Counted from the first letter of the stretch, positions 19,194 to 29,182 are shown. The stretch is 64,000 bases of DNA from Dehalococcoidia bacterium (GCA_965261945.1 CBDHEF010000001.1:463150-527149), one strand, 5' to 3'. Notes: generated by a model from the letters alone, not told the origin. Made by a program: numbers and translations.

Positions 19194-20615
19194 ATGAGCG
19201 CAACGACATCCACCCTGCCCCGAAAGCTGCCACCGGGACCGCGCGGGCTGCCGGTGTTCGGCTCCCTGCTGGAAATGCGACACGACACGCACCTGGCCAT
19301 TGACCGACTGGTAAGGCGATACGGCGACATTTGCCTGCTTCGTTTCGGCAGTGTGCCGACCGTCGTAATCAGCGAACCGGGCCTGTTGCACGAGGCTTTC
19401 GGCAAGACGGAACTGGCCGACCGCTGGGTCAGCGAAATCATGAACATACTCAGCGGGCAGAAAGACCTGGTGCTGGCCCCCTACGGCGACCACTGGCGGC
19501 GGATGCAGCGCTTTGCCAACCGGGAGCTTCTCAGTGCGCGGAACATCGACACCGTCCGCGAGCGCTACATCGAGCTGGTGGTCAATGGGCTGGTGGCGCA
19601 GATGGCAGAGACGGGGGACGCCGGCGAACTGGTTTACCCTAAAACATTGACCGCCCGAAGCAACTCCAACCTGATGTTTCGGGCGCTGTTCGGGCGCGAC
19701 GAGGACGAATCGGCAGAGTTCGTAGAGCAGCGGGAGCGGCTGCTGAACTACATCAGTTGGCTGTTTGCCAGCGCCACCGCTACCAATTTGGTGGACTACA
19801 TTCCATGGCTGCGGTTCCTGCCCGGCAACAGCGCCAAAGAAGCCGGCAGGCAGGCCGAAATCAGCTCGGAAGTGATTACCGCCCTCACTGAGGCGGCACG
19901 AAATCGTCCCGGGGTAGACTTGTCGGCGCCCACCTGCCTGGTGGAGGTGATGCTGGCCAAGGAGGACACCGGCGAGATAAGCAGCGCGATGACCAAGGAC
20001 CTGTGCGCCGATATGCTCATCGCCGGCACCGACACCTCGGCGCAGACGGTCAACTGGTTCCTGCTTCTCATGGCCAACCGGCCCGAGATCCAAGCCAAAG
20101 TGCACGAGGAACTGGATCGGGTAATCGGGCGCGACGCCCTCCCCACGGTGGACGACCGGACGCGCCTGCCCTACCTATTCGCCTGCCTGGCCGAGTCCAT
20201 GCGCTACCGCACCATCGGCCCCTTGGGATTGCCGCACAAGGCATCGGAAGACACCGAAATCGGCGGCTACCGGATTCCGGCGGGAACGCAGGTCTTGGGC
20301 AACATCTACTCCATCCATCACGACCCGCGCTACTGGGACTCACCCGACGAGTTCATCCCGGAGCGGTTCCTGCCCCAGGCGGACGGCTCGATGTCGCCGG
20401 CGCTGACCAGCCCGGCCTACATCCCCTTCGGCACCGGCCACCGCCGCTGCCCCGGCCGCCGCTTCGCCGAAACCACCGTCTGGCTGCATATCACGCGGAT
20501 GCTGCACCACCTCCGCTTTGAGACGCCAGAAGGCACGCCGCTGACGGAGGATGAAGTCTTCGGCCTGGCAATCTCGCCCAAGCCCTACTCGTTGAAAGCC
20601 ACGCGGCGATGGTAG
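19194..20615 (+). CDS. cytochrome P450
   Basis: FIPFGTGHRRCPGRRFA heme-thiolate loop, LIAGTDTSAQTV I-helix, ESMRY (ExxR). ATG 19194 is preferred over GTG 19185 because GAGGAGGTG lies 6-7 nt upstream. Confidence 0.9.
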   Translation: MSATTSTLPRKLPPGPRGLPVFGSLLEMRHDTHLAIDRLVRRYGDICLLRFGSVPTVVISEPGLLHEAFGKTELADRWVSEIMNILSGQKDLVLAPYGDHWRRMQRFANRELLSARNIDTVRERYIELVVNGLVAQMAETGDAGELVYPKTLTARSNSNLMFRALFGRDEDESAEFVEQRERLLNYISWLFASATATNLVDYIPWLRFLPGNSAKEAGRQAEISSEVITALTEAARNRPGVDLSAPTCLVEVMLAKEDTGEISSAMTKDLCADMLIAGTDTSAQTVNWFLLLMANRPEIQAKVHEELDRVIGRDALPTVDDRTRLPYLFACLAESMRYRTIGPLGLPHKASEDTEIGGYRIPAGTQVLGNIYSIHHDPRYWDSPDEFIPERFLPQADGSMSPALTSPAYIPFGTGHRRCPGRRFAETTVWLHITRMLHHLRFETPEGTPLTEDEVFGLAISPKPYSLKATRRW

Positions 20616-20677
20616 GGGATGGGCTGGAACTCCTCGCCGCAATTTTGCGCCAGGGCGGCTTTACGCCTTTGTTCAAT

Positions 20678-20953
20678 CTAGGGCAAAAGGCAACACCCCT
20701 TAACTTTGCATTCTCTGGCATCCTTGCGGCCAGTGCCGCGGGCGACACGCAGGGCCTCATCCTTGGTATCGAACGGGCCGTGCCATTTGCCGTCCCGCTC
20801 CAGCTTGGGGCGAGGAACCTCGCAAGGGCCGTCGTCCCGGTGGACTATCGCCCGGTTGGTGGGCTTGTCCTCATTGACGTAGTAGGATGAACTCCCCCTA
20901 GGCTGAACTTCGGAACTTCGCTCTGACCAGCGCGTAAGGCGTCTCAAAACCAT
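20678..20953 (-). CDS. small hypothetical protein
   Basis: 91-aa ORF with GGAGG 6 nt upstream of the ATG. It contains YYVNEDKPTNRAIVHRDDGPC...DGKWHGPFDTKDEALRVA...C..C. No family assigned. Confidence 0.45.
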   Translation of the reverse strand: MVLRRLTRWSERSSEVQPRGSSSYYVNEDKPTNRAIVHRDDGPCEVPRPKLERDGKWHGPFDTKDEALRVARGTGRKDARECKVKGCCLLP

Positions 20954-21021
20954 TCCGAGCCTCCGTTAAATTGGATCTCTGATGTCGTCTACACTCAATT
21001 GCCAAGACAGTAACATCAGCG

Positions 21022-22468
21022 TTAGTTAGAACGATTCTGTCTCTGGTATTCAATAATGCTGGAGTGGGATGGCGGTGAAAAACTCACCATCCAGATGCGC
21101 CCCGATGGACACTCACTCGAACCATCAGAACACCTCATCAACACGCCAACCGCGTTTTCCCACCCACCGCTTTGGAGCAGGACTAGGCCAAGCTGGTCGC
21201 TTAGTATCTCCATCTTCATATTCTCAGCGCAACTAGCGTCGTAATAGCACGCGAACGTTACGTCTACGTGCTTGTCAATCAGCAGGCAAGTAATGCCAAA
21301 TGTCTCGAAGGCGTTATCTGACATATAGACAAGACCCGGTTCGTTTGGATTTAAACCAGGCTGTTCGTGAGTAATCAAAGTAAACTCTGCTTTAGGGAAC
21401 GGTTCCTCGTAATACTCGGTCCGTGTCAGAATACCCTTGCCAAGAACTTTCTCTCGATTCCGCCCGACTATCTGAAAAACCTCTCCAGTGGAGCAAACCT
21501 GCTCGAACCACTCAAGAGAATTCCACCGCTCGACTGCTATCTGCCAATTCGGCTTTGGCTCCGTCTTTGGCAGAAGCTCTGAGTAGTCAAACAGCGGCTC
21601 CCAAGGAATGGAGGTTGGAGTGGGGGAAGGCAACGCCGTGGAAGTGGGCATGGGAGCGCGAGTGGGGCGCCGCATTACAGTGGGCGTCGGGTCAGGTCGT
21701 CGTGTGCGCCCCGTCATCCTTGCTACTGGAGTTGCCGTTGCGGTCGAAGCAACCGATATCTGCCTGCCTAGCTCCGACTTTATCAAGTTAATAGGTATGG
21801 CAAAAGCAATCCCCGACACCGCCCTGCCGCCGCTGGTGCTGTCCACCCTGGACGTCACGACGCCGGTGGCTTGTCCGAACATATTCAGCAGCGGCCCGCC
21901 GCTGTTGCCCGGGTTCAGCGATGCGTCGGTCTGCAAGCGGTCGTTCCGCTTGGCCGAAATGATTCCGACGCTAACGGTCGGTTCCTGTCCCAACGAACTA
22001 CCCAGGGGGAAACCGATGGCGATAACCGTCTCCCCCACGCGGATTTTGCCGGAGTCGCCGATAGCAATGGGAGTAAAAGACCGGTTGGCGTCTATTTCGA
22101 TATAGGCCAAATCAAGGCTTGGATGTCGCGTTGGTGACCACCAACCCGCTTTCGTTGACTATGAAGCCCGTCCCCGAACCGGAACCCGCGATTATCTGGA
22201 CCACGCTGGGCAGTGCGTTCTCCACCACGTCGGCCACGGACAGGCCAGAAGACAGCGGCTCGTCGAAAGCGTTTTCAACAGCCGACCGCGGCACCGGGGT
22301 TCCAACGGCAGGCGGTGCGGCAGGCGGCGGCGGCGGCTGATTATCCGCCGGAGTTGTCGCTGTCGGCACAGGCCTAGGCAGCATCGGCGTATCAGCCCCG
22401 CCGCAAGCGAGAGCCGCCAGTATTGGCAGCATCACTGCCAACGCCGTGAGTATGACGCTGATTTTCAC
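21022..22468 (-). pseudogene. S1C (trypsin-like/HtrA-type) serine protease, split, with AT-rich C-terminal domain of unknown function
   Basis: The N-part (probable GTG 22468) has a signal-like VKISVILTALAVMLPILAALACGG, then LPSVVQIIAGSGSGTGFIVNESGLVVTNA, then a stop. The next frame reads HPSLDLAYIEIDANRSFTPIAIGDS...GNSGGPL (ORF 21022..22110). There is a 1-nt frame change at ~22110. The His-to-Asp spacing is only ~5 aa, against ~30 aa in family members. Confidence 0.65.
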
Positions 22469-22557
22469 CGCGATTCGCCTGCCTGTGGCCGGAATCAGTG
22501 GATTTGCGCCATTATACGACAAGGCTATGCTGGGCGGCGTTGGCAGGTCGGCGTTCC

Positions 22558-23439
22558 CTACCCCAACTGTTCCAGGGCCCTCCGGCCGAGCATCATCTTG
22601 ACCGGGCTGATGGGGCGGAAGGTGCGGGACATCCGCACGTCGCCGGCGAGGCTGAGCAGGGTGTAGGCGTCGTAGGGTTCCATGCCCTTCTCCCGGACCA
22701 GGAACTCCACCATGCTGCGGACGGCGCCCTTCATGGCCGGGCCCAGCTCCTCGCCGTAGTACAGCACCACGAAGTAGTCGGGGGTCATGGCCTGCGGGCT
22801 TTCGATGCCCATGCCCTTCTCGACAGTGACGCGGATGTGACTGTCGGCGGCGCACTCCGCACCGGTGCCGCCCACCGCGCCGTCGCCCACCACAGCGTGG
22901 CAGTCGCCCATGGCCAGCAGGCCGCCCTCTACGAACACCGGCAGCCATAGCGTGCTGCCCTCGACCAGCTCCTTGATGTCGATGTCGCCGCCGTAGGGGC
23001 CGCTGTCGCTGGCGGTCTGCTGCGGGTAGGTGGGCGTGGTTGCCACCAGTCCCATGGACGGGTTCAGCGGCAGCCGGACGCCGCTGGGCAGCACCACGTG
23101 GCCGTCCTCGATGGTCATAATCGTTGGGTAGGCGCGGTCGAACTCCTGCTCCAGGAAGCCGCGCCCCGGCGAGACCATGTGGGCCGCGCCCTCGCTGGAT
23201 CGAGGCGTAACGCTGATGAAGTCCACCCGCAGGGCGTCGCCCGGCTCGGCGCCGTTGACGTAGATGGGGCCAATAGCCGGGCCCTTGAGCTGCTTCTCAT
23301 CCAGCGACTTGGGGTCGCGGATACCCTCGAAGGCGTCCCAAGTTTCCACCATCAGATCCTCGCCGGAATCAATGGTGATGGCTGGCGGGTTGGCCGGATC
23401 AAGGACATAAATCTTATGGTCGCGGGTCAGCCGTTTCAT
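22558..23439 (-). CDS. acetamidase/formamidase family protein
   Basis: GDCHAVVGDGAVGGTGAE matches the family GDxHAxQGDGE motif, and the N-terminal ...VETWDAFEG fits. The start ATG overlaps the stop of the upstream methyltransferase (ATGA). Confidence 0.85.
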   Translation of the reverse strand: MKRLTRDHKIYVLDPANPPAITIDSGEDLMVETWDAFEGIRDPKSLDEKQLKGPAIGPIYVNGAEPGDALRVDFISVTPRSSEGAAHMVSPGRGFLEQEFDRAYPTIMTIEDGHVVLPSGVRLPLNPSMGLVATTPTYPQQTASDSGPYGGDIDIKELVEGSTLWLPVFVEGGLLAMGDCHAVVGDGAVGGTGAECAADSHIRVTVEKGMGIESPQAMTPDYFVVLYYGEELGPAMKGAVRSMVEFLVREKGMEPYDAYTLLSLAGDVRMSRTFRPISPVKMMLGRRALEQLG

Positions 23440-24356
23440 AGCGGCCTCCTTTCAAACATATCAGCGACAAGCCGTTGTTTAGCTGTAGCTACGAAGTTTT
23501 CGTCATTGTCGAATCCAATGTAGTATCTATCAAGAGTTTTTGCCGCCACCAAAGTTGAGCCGCTTCCACAGAATGGATCTAGGACAACTTGTCCTTCCAA
23601 AGTGGTTAGCTCAATCAACGCTTTCATTAATTTCACAGGTTTCTGTGCGGTGTGTCGGCCTCCTTCACCCGATGCAAAACCGGAGTACAAGACGTTATCC
23701 GGGCTGTGTTCGTAGGAAATGAAGGCTTTTTCGTTAAATGCCCCAACACCATGCGCCACAACATTGTCCGCGATAGTCGTTCCAATCGTGTAAGGCTTTA
23801 CAAGCCAAAGAACCGGCTCAAATCTTGGCCGCAAATTTCCGACTCGCCAACCGTCCCACTGGCGACTGTTTTCTATATCACCGCGTTTGTCATATACTAC
23901 ACTAAGACGTTGAGCTCGATGCGGTGCCGTTTCTCTCAGCCAAGCTAATGAATCTTTGAATGTAAATCCTGCATCCTCAAATGCGATGATACAACGATGC
24001 GAAAACCTCCGTCCGGCAAAAATGACGGCGGAACCGCCCGGTTTGAGAACGCGCAGCCACTCACCGGCAAAGGACTCGCACCAGCGTTGATACTCGGAAG
24101 GGATTTGCCTGTCAGCCTCAGACCAACCGTTAAGCGGCTTGCCTCTGCGCTTGAAGACGGCTCCTGCCTTGATTTGGGCTGGACTAGTGCCAAGAAAAGC
24201 GGAATTTGTGTTGTTGTGGAGAACATCCCATTTATCGGTGCCTATACCGTATGGTATGTCGCTCAAAATAAGATGCACACTTTCGCTGGGAAGTTTTTTT
24301 ACCGCAGTTATTCCGTCTGCTAAGGAAATTGTGTTCAATAAATTTTGATCACTCAT
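23436..24356 (-). CDS. beta-class N6A/N4C DNA methyltransferase (R-M 1)
   Basis: Motif IV-like LILSDIPYG is near the N-terminus and motif I VVLDPFCGSGSTLVAAK near the C-terminus (beta order). The likely start is ATG 24356 (MSDQNLL), overlapping the endonuclease stop. The region is AT-rich. Confidence 0.85.
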   Translation of the reverse strand: MSDQNLLNTISLADGITAVKKLPSESVHLILSDIPYGIGTDKWDVLHNNTNSAFLGTSPAQIKAGAVFKRRGKPLNGWSEADRQIPSEYQRWCESFAGEWLRVLKPGGSAVIFAGRRFSHRCIIAFEDAGFTFKDSLAWLRETAPHRAQRLSVVYDKRGDIENSRQWDGWRVGNLRPRFEPVLWLVKPYTIGTTIADNVVAHGVGAFNEKAFISYEHSPDNVLYSGFASGEGGRHTAQKPVKLMKALIELTTLEGQVVLDPFCGSGSTLVAAKTLDRYYIGFDNDENFVATAKQRLVADMFERRPL

Positions 24357-25275
24357 CTGATTCCGCTTCCAAAAGTTCGCCATGCACTACGTTTGCGACC
24401 TGCGTAACTCTAGCCTCTATTCGCGCCGAACGCATCAAGGCTTCAAGGGCTTCTTGATGCGACAAAGCAAGCAATCTGTCACGTTCTGATTGAAGGTATC
24501 TCAAGGACTCCTGTTTAAGTGTCTCAAGGGTTTCGATAGATGCCGTCTTCTCATCGGTCCAGAGATTGGCATCCTTACCTAGCGACTTCACAAGGGATTG
24601 GTTAATGCCAGTCCAGTAATCTACTGCGTTTTTACTGGGATGCAGTGTTGGGACGGTTTTGAGAATTTCGTGAAACGCCACCTCAGCCTGTTCAGAGCCT
24701 TGTCGTGAAGTAAGAGCTGTTAGCACAGACAAATGGGAGTAGCTGATGATACATACATTCCGGGCAATCGCCTGATAGTAAATTTGGCTCTGGCGTGTTG
24801 GAAATTGATATATCGGACAGACCAGAACCGCGTAATTCAAGCTGCCTCGCCAACCATCTAAAGCCTGTATCTTGAAATCTTTTTGGTTCTTGGCGGTACG
24901 GCTGAGTCGAAAAGCCTTTGCATCTGCAACTAATGAAAAATCGTCTCCTCGCGCTTGAACATCCGCCGAGTCAGCTCGCGCGTCAATAACAATACTTTTG
25001 AGTCCTATTGCAGATAAGGCTTCACTTACTACTGAATCAGTGTACTTCGAGTACAACTTTTCCTGAGTAGAGTCATGTCCGTACTGTTCCGGCACGGCTC
25101 CGCAGAAGCGCAGGTGGTCAGTAAGAGCTTCCGTGGTCTCTAGTCTTATTTCCACGCGAAGTTCTTCCGCAATCTTGTCAGAATTTTTATCAAAAGGGCC
25201 AGTGAGTGTTTCCAAGTATGTAACCCAGCGACTCCGGCGTTGAGCGGAGTTTGATTGAATAGACATAATAAGCAT
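24349..25275 (-). CDS. HindIII-family type II restriction endonuclease
   Basis: STQEKLYSK...SLVADAKAFRLSRTAKNQKDFKIQALDGW..NYAVL...YQFPT..SQIY aligns with my recollection of R.HindIII (STQEKLFSK...GLVADAKSFRLSRTAKNQKDFKVKALSEW..DYAVL..FQYPT..SQIF). The gene is AT-rich. Confidence 0.75.
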   Translation of the reverse strand: MLIMSIQSNSAQRRSRWVTYLETLTGPFDKNSDKIAEELRVEIRLETTEALTDHLRFCGAVPEQYGHDSTQEKLYSKYTDSVVSEALSAIGLKSIVIDARADSADVQARGDDFSLVADAKAFRLSRTAKNQKDFKIQALDGWRGSLNYAVLVCPIYQFPTRQSQIYYQAIARNVCIISYSHLSVLTALTSRQGSEQAEVAFHEILKTVPTLHPSKNAVDYWTGINQSLVKSLGKDANLWTDEKTASIETLETLKQESLRYLQSERDRLLALSHQEALEALMRSARIEARVTQVANVVHGELLEAESDE

Positions 25276-25375
25276 TCTGTCCGGGTAATCTATGGTGTCC
25301 TATGTTACTACCTATACAGGAACACTGTACAGCACCAAATGTCAGCATTCTTGACATCTAAGCGAGTATCCGGAG

Positions 25376-26092
25376 CTACCCCGCCAGCAACTCCAGCCGG
25401 TAGCTGACTCCCGCATCCGGGTCCAGCTCCACCACGCAGACCGCGCCCTGCTCCGGGGCGCCGATGGGGCCGTAGGGGCAGCCGGAGTAGACGGCCGTGG
25501 CGCTTCCGCGGGACACGTCAACATGACGGTCCCAGTGGCCCAGCGCCAGGTAGTGGCAGCCGGACGCCGCCACATCATCGGGGTAGATGGGTGAAGAACG
25601 CTGGTCACGGTCATTCTCGAAGTGGAAATGGCCGTGCGCCATGGCCACCAGCCACCGCCCCTCCGCAGGCTCCGGCATCCCGCGGAGAGGCCGGAAGTCC
25701 GGCGTATGCGACAACATCGCCCGGCCCCAAAGCTCCAGCCCCAACTCAGGGAAAGCCAGCGTCTCCCCCTCCGGCTCGCTGAACACGCTCAGGTTGGGCG
25801 GAGCAGCCTCGAACGGTGCCCGGCGGTACACCGAAGTCTTATGGGCCAGGTCGTGATTGCCGGGCAACACAATGACCGGCGTGTCCAAACAGGCCATCTG
25901 CGCCACGAACCGCGCCACAACGTCGTCGGAAACCCGCTCGTTGTCGAATACGTCGCCCGCCAGCAGCAGCGCATCGCCGCCCAGCCGCTCCACTGCGTCC
26001 ACCACCGACGACAGCACCTCCTCCGCCCGGGGATGCCCGGTTGGGTCACCAAGGTGAGTGTCGGAGGTGTGGATAAGGCGGAGTTTCTTCAT
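25376..26092 (-). CDS. metallophosphoesterase (calcineurin-like)
   Basis: IHTSDTHLG, LLLAGDVFD, VLPGNHD, AMAHGHFH motifs. Confidence 0.85.
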   Translation of the reverse strand: MKKLRLIHTSDTHLGDPTGHPRAEEVLSSVVDAVERLGGDALLLAGDVFDNERVSDDVVARFVAQMACLDTPVIVLPGNHDLAHKTSVYRRAPFEAAPPNLSVFSEPEGETLAFPELGLELWGRAMLSHTPDFRPLRGMPEPAEGRWLVAMAHGHFHFENDRDQRSSPIYPDDVAASGCHYLALGHWDRHVDVSRGSATAVYSGCPYGPIGAPEQGAVCVVELDPDAGVSYRLELLAG

Positions 26093-26134
26093 GCGGCTTG
26101 GCTGCTCCTGATGCTGTAAGTCCCGGCGCGGGTT

Positions 26135-27331
26135 CTACTCAGCGGCTCCGATAACTCCCCGCGCTCTCAGGTCGGCAATCTGCTCGGCGGTAAAGCCCTG
26201 TTCGGCGAGGACCTCGTCGTTATGTTGCCCCAGCAGGGGCGGCGGGCGGCGGATGGCGGCGGGCGAGTCGGTGAGCTTCAGCGGCGAGTTGGGCGTCTTC
26301 AGGTTGGGGACGTTGGGATGCTCCATCTCGGCGATCATGTTGCGGGCCAGCACCTGCGGGTTGGTGACCACCTCCGAGACGCGGTTGATCGGCCCGCAGG
26401 GGACGCCCGCGCCGTTGATCAGCTCGACCCAATGCCCGGCGCTCTTGTGCTTGAACACTTCCATCAGGATGCTCACGCACTCCTCCCTGTGGGCCACCCG
26501 CTCGGTGTTGGTGACGAAGCGCGGGTCTTCCAGAAGGTCCTCGCGCCCGATGCCCCGGCACATCCGTTCCCACAGACCCTGGTTGGCGCAGCCGAGGATG
26601 AAGTAGCCGTCGGAGGATGCGAAACTCTGGTACGGCACCAGGCTGGGGTGGCCGGATCCCATGCGTTGCGGGTCTTCGCCGGTGCCCAGGTAGCGGGTGG
26701 CGTGGTAGCTGAGAGCCGCCACCTGTCCATCCAGCAGCGACGCCTCCACCCACTGCCCCTTGCCGGTCTGGTCGCGCTGGCGCAGAGCAGTCACTACGGT
26801 GCCGTAGGCCATCATCCCGGCGAACAGGTCAACCAGCGAGAAGCCCACCCGCAGCGGCAGCCCGTCGGGTTCGCCGGTCAGGTGCATCAGCCCGCTGTAT
26901 GCCTGGATAATCAGGTCATACCCTGGCATATCGGCCATCGGCCCGGTGCGCCCATAGCCGGATATGGAGCAGTAGACGATGCGCGGGTTGATGGCGCTGA
27001 TGTCATCGTAGCCCAGGCCCATGCGCTCCAGGGCGCCGGCGCGAAAGCTCTCGATCATCACGTCGGCCTCAGCGGCCATCCGGCGCACCAGTTCCACGCC
27101 CTCCGGCTCCTTGAGGTTTATGGTGACGCTGCGCTTGTTGCGGTTGAAGGTGACGAACTGGGTGCTCTCACTGTTCCAGAAGGGCGTCCAGTTGCGCGTC
27201 TCATCGCCCTGCGACGGCTCCTCTATCTTCACCACGTCGGCGCCCATGTCGCCCAACAGCATGGTGCAGAAAGGGCCGGCCAGAGTCCGCGTTAAGTCCA
27301 CAACTTTGATGTCTTCCAGCGCAGCGGCCAT
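26135..27331 (-). CDS. family III CoA-transferase (CaiB/BaiF type)
   Basis: IKVVDLTRTLAGPFCTMLLGDMGADVVKIE N-terminus and overall length are typical of the family. Confidence 0.9.
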   Translation of the reverse strand: MAAALEDIKVVDLTRTLAGPFCTMLLGDMGADVVKIEEPSQGDETRNWTPFWNSESTQFVTFNRNKRSVTINLKEPEGVELVRRMAAEADVMIESFRAGALERMGLGYDDISAINPRIVYCSISGYGRTGPMADMPGYDLIIQAYSGLMHLTGEPDGLPLRVGFSLVDLFAGMMAYGTVVTALRQRDQTGKGQWVEASLLDGQVAALSYHATRYLGTGEDPQRMGSGHPSLVPYQSFASSDGYFILGCANQGLWERMCRGIGREDLLEDPRFVTNTERVAHREECVSILMEVFKHKSAGHWVELINGAGVPCGPINRVSEVVTNPQVLARNMIAEMEHPNVPNLKTPNSPLKLTDSPAAIRRPPPLLGQHNDEVLAEQGFTAEQIADLRARGVIGAAE

Positions 27332-27440
27332 GCGTCAATCTCCGAAATCAGCAACTTGGGATACCCTGGACAATCTGCCGATTATAGCACGGAGGACGAC
27401 CCACCCCGGCGATTGACCGAAGGCACGGCCAGCATTCCGG

Positions 27441-27469
27441 TGTTCCCTTTCCCGGAGGGATAGGGAACA
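27441..27469. repeat. degenerate REP-like hairpin (no G-rich tail)
   Basis: tgttccctttcccggagggatagggaaca; outer 8-bp stem tgttccct/agggaaca. Confidence 0.5.
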
Positions 27470-27560
27470 ACTAAAAGACCCTGCCAGGCTATCGGGTGCA
27501 ATTGACCCACATGGCAAGCAATGTTAGGTTGGAGCATCGTATTACAGGAGCAAACAGGCG

Positions 27561-28493
27561 ATGAGCGGCAGCGAGACTCCGGGGGTTGTGGCGCTGGGCG
27601 GCATCAATATGGATTTGGTCACCTACTCGGCGCGGTTCCCGGAAGCGGGGGAAACGGTGGCCGGCGAGCGGTTCCTGACCTACGCCGGCGGCAAGGGCGC
27701 CAACCAGGCGGTCGCGGCGGCCCGCATGGGAGCGCGCACCGCCATGGTCGGCCGCGTCGGCGACGACATCTTCGGTCCTCAACTGCTGGGCGGACTTCGC
27801 GCCGTGGGCATTGACGTGTCCCGAATTGCGGTATGGCCCGGAGAGACCTCCGGCATCGCCGTTATCAGCATCGACGGCTCGGGGCAGAACCGCATCGTGC
27901 AGGTGCTGGGCGCCAACTCCACCTGCGGTGCGGAGCAGGCCAACGCCGTCATTGCGGCCCTCGAAAACGCAGACACCTTGATGCTGCAACTGGAAGTCCC
28001 GATGGACGTATCGCTGGCCGCAGCGCAATCGGCGCGGGCCGCGGGCAAGACGGTGATCCTGGACCCGGGGCCAGTGCGTCCCGTCCCTGCCGAGTTGCTG
28101 CAACTCAGCAGCGTCATCACTCCCAACGAGACCGAGGCCGAAGCGCTGGTAGGCTTCGCCGTTGACGGCCCCGACTCGGCGGCGCGGGCGGCGGATGACC
28201 TCCTGGCCCGCGGCGTGGGCGTGGCGGTGATCAAGCTGGGAGCGCTGGGGGCCTATTTCGCCACGCCGGAAATGTCGGGGTTCCAGCCCGCTTTCCCGGT
28301 CGCGGCGGTGGACACAGTGGCGGCGGGCGACGCCTTCAACGGGGCGCTCGCCGTCTGCCTCGCCGAAGGCATGGCTTTGCCCGGTGCGGTGCGGGTCGCC
28401 TGCGCCGCCGGATCCCTGGCCGTCACCACCACCGGCGCCCAGGACTCCATGCCCACCCGCGAGGCGGTGGAACATCTGCTGGCGGCATCTTGA
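27561..28493 (+). CDS. rbsK: ribokinase (PfkB family)
   Basis: VVALGGINMDLV, GGKGANQAVAAARMG, and C-terminal DTVAAGDAFNGALA. Confidence 0.85.
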   Translation: MSGSETPGVVALGGINMDLVTYSARFPEAGETVAGERFLTYAGGKGANQAVAAARMGARTAMVGRVGDDIFGPQLLGGLRAVGIDVSRIAVWPGETSGIAVISIDGSGQNRIVQVLGANSTCGAEQANAVIAALENADTLMLQLEVPMDVSLAAAQSARAAGKTVILDPGPVRPVPAELLQLSSVITPNETEAEALVGFAVDGPDSAARAADDLLARGVGVAVIKLGALGAYFATPEMSGFQPAFPVAAVDTVAAGDAFNGALAVCLAEGMALPGAVRVACAAGSLAVTTTGAQDSMPTREAVEHLLAAS

Positions 28494-28500
28494 CCCCGCG

Positions 28501-29082
28501 CTAACCGGCGCGGCCCCTGCCCCGCCAATACCACGCCAACGGAATTCCGGCGCTCACCGCCACCCAGCACAACGCCAGCAGGACGCAGATCCACCAATAG
28601 AGAGAAATTCGGATTTCCAAAGCGATGCCAAGACCGGCCAGCGCGGTCAGCAACGCCATCAGCACGGCGGTCGCCCATCCGAATGCGCGACCCCCCCGGA
28701 CTTTCAACCCGACAGTCAGGGCCAGGCCGGAACAGGCCAGTCCCAACACCAGCAGCGTGACGATGGCTGTCGCCTTCCAATACCCATCGGAGTCGGGCGT
28801 TAGCCACAGCCCGGACAGCAGCAGAAGCAACGCTGCCATCGCCAGGGCCAGCACGGCAGGACGCAGCCCCCGCCCTGCTCCGGCGCGGGGCATCGCAGTG
28901 GCGGGCAGCGAGGTCAGGAAGTATCCGCCCGTCAGCAGGGCGGTCAGCAGCAACCGGCCCCGCGTATTGGTATACTCCAACGTGCCAAGCATCACGCCAA
29001 CGACCGTCAGCACGGCCAACAGCGATACGAACAGCCCTACGATGTGAGTTTGGGGCCGGCCGGCCCATTCGATAAGTTTCAT
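28501..29082 (-). CDS. integral membrane protein, unknown function
   Basis: Inner ATG 29082 (MKLIEWAGRPQTHIVGLFVSLLAVLTVVGV...). There are about six hydrophobic segments. The upstream part of ORF 28501..29268 overlaps the NUDIX start region. Confidence 0.6.
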   Translation of the reverse strand: MKLIEWAGRPQTHIVGLFVSLLAVLTVVGVMLGTLEYTNTRGRLLLTALLTGGYFLTSLPATAMPRAGAGRGLRPAVLALAMAALLLLLSGLWLTPDSDGYWKATAIVTLLVLGLACSGLALTVGLKVRGGRAFGWATAVLMALLTALAGLGIALEIRISLYWWICVLLALCWVAVSAGIPLAWYWRGRGRAG

Positions 29083-29182
29083 CCTTGCGCCACGGCGTCG
29101 GCTGATGCGAAGAAGCCGAGCATGGCGAACATTATAGCCGCGACCCCACCGGATAGCCGCGACCCCACCGGGGTTCCGGTGA

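Noticed and set aside
25276-25375. Possible promoter/operator for the HindIII-like endonuclease (ctgaca ... tatagg; tgtacag / cctgtata repeats)
   Set aside because: The spacing between the candidate -35 and -10 hexamers does not fit (23 nt or 9 nt). No controller-protein gene is present, so there is not enough support.
26222-27295. 357-aa plus-strand ORF opposite the CoA-transferase gene. Similar shadow ORFs are 27489..28475, 30899..32020, 31701..32705, 35282..36568, 37506..38276, 38587..39654, 50130..51155, 51318..52427, 57244..58371 and 57426..58721.
   Set aside because: All are antisense or off-frame to well-supported genes. They show the Arg/Gly/Pro/His bias expected from reading high-GC coding DNA in the wrong frame.
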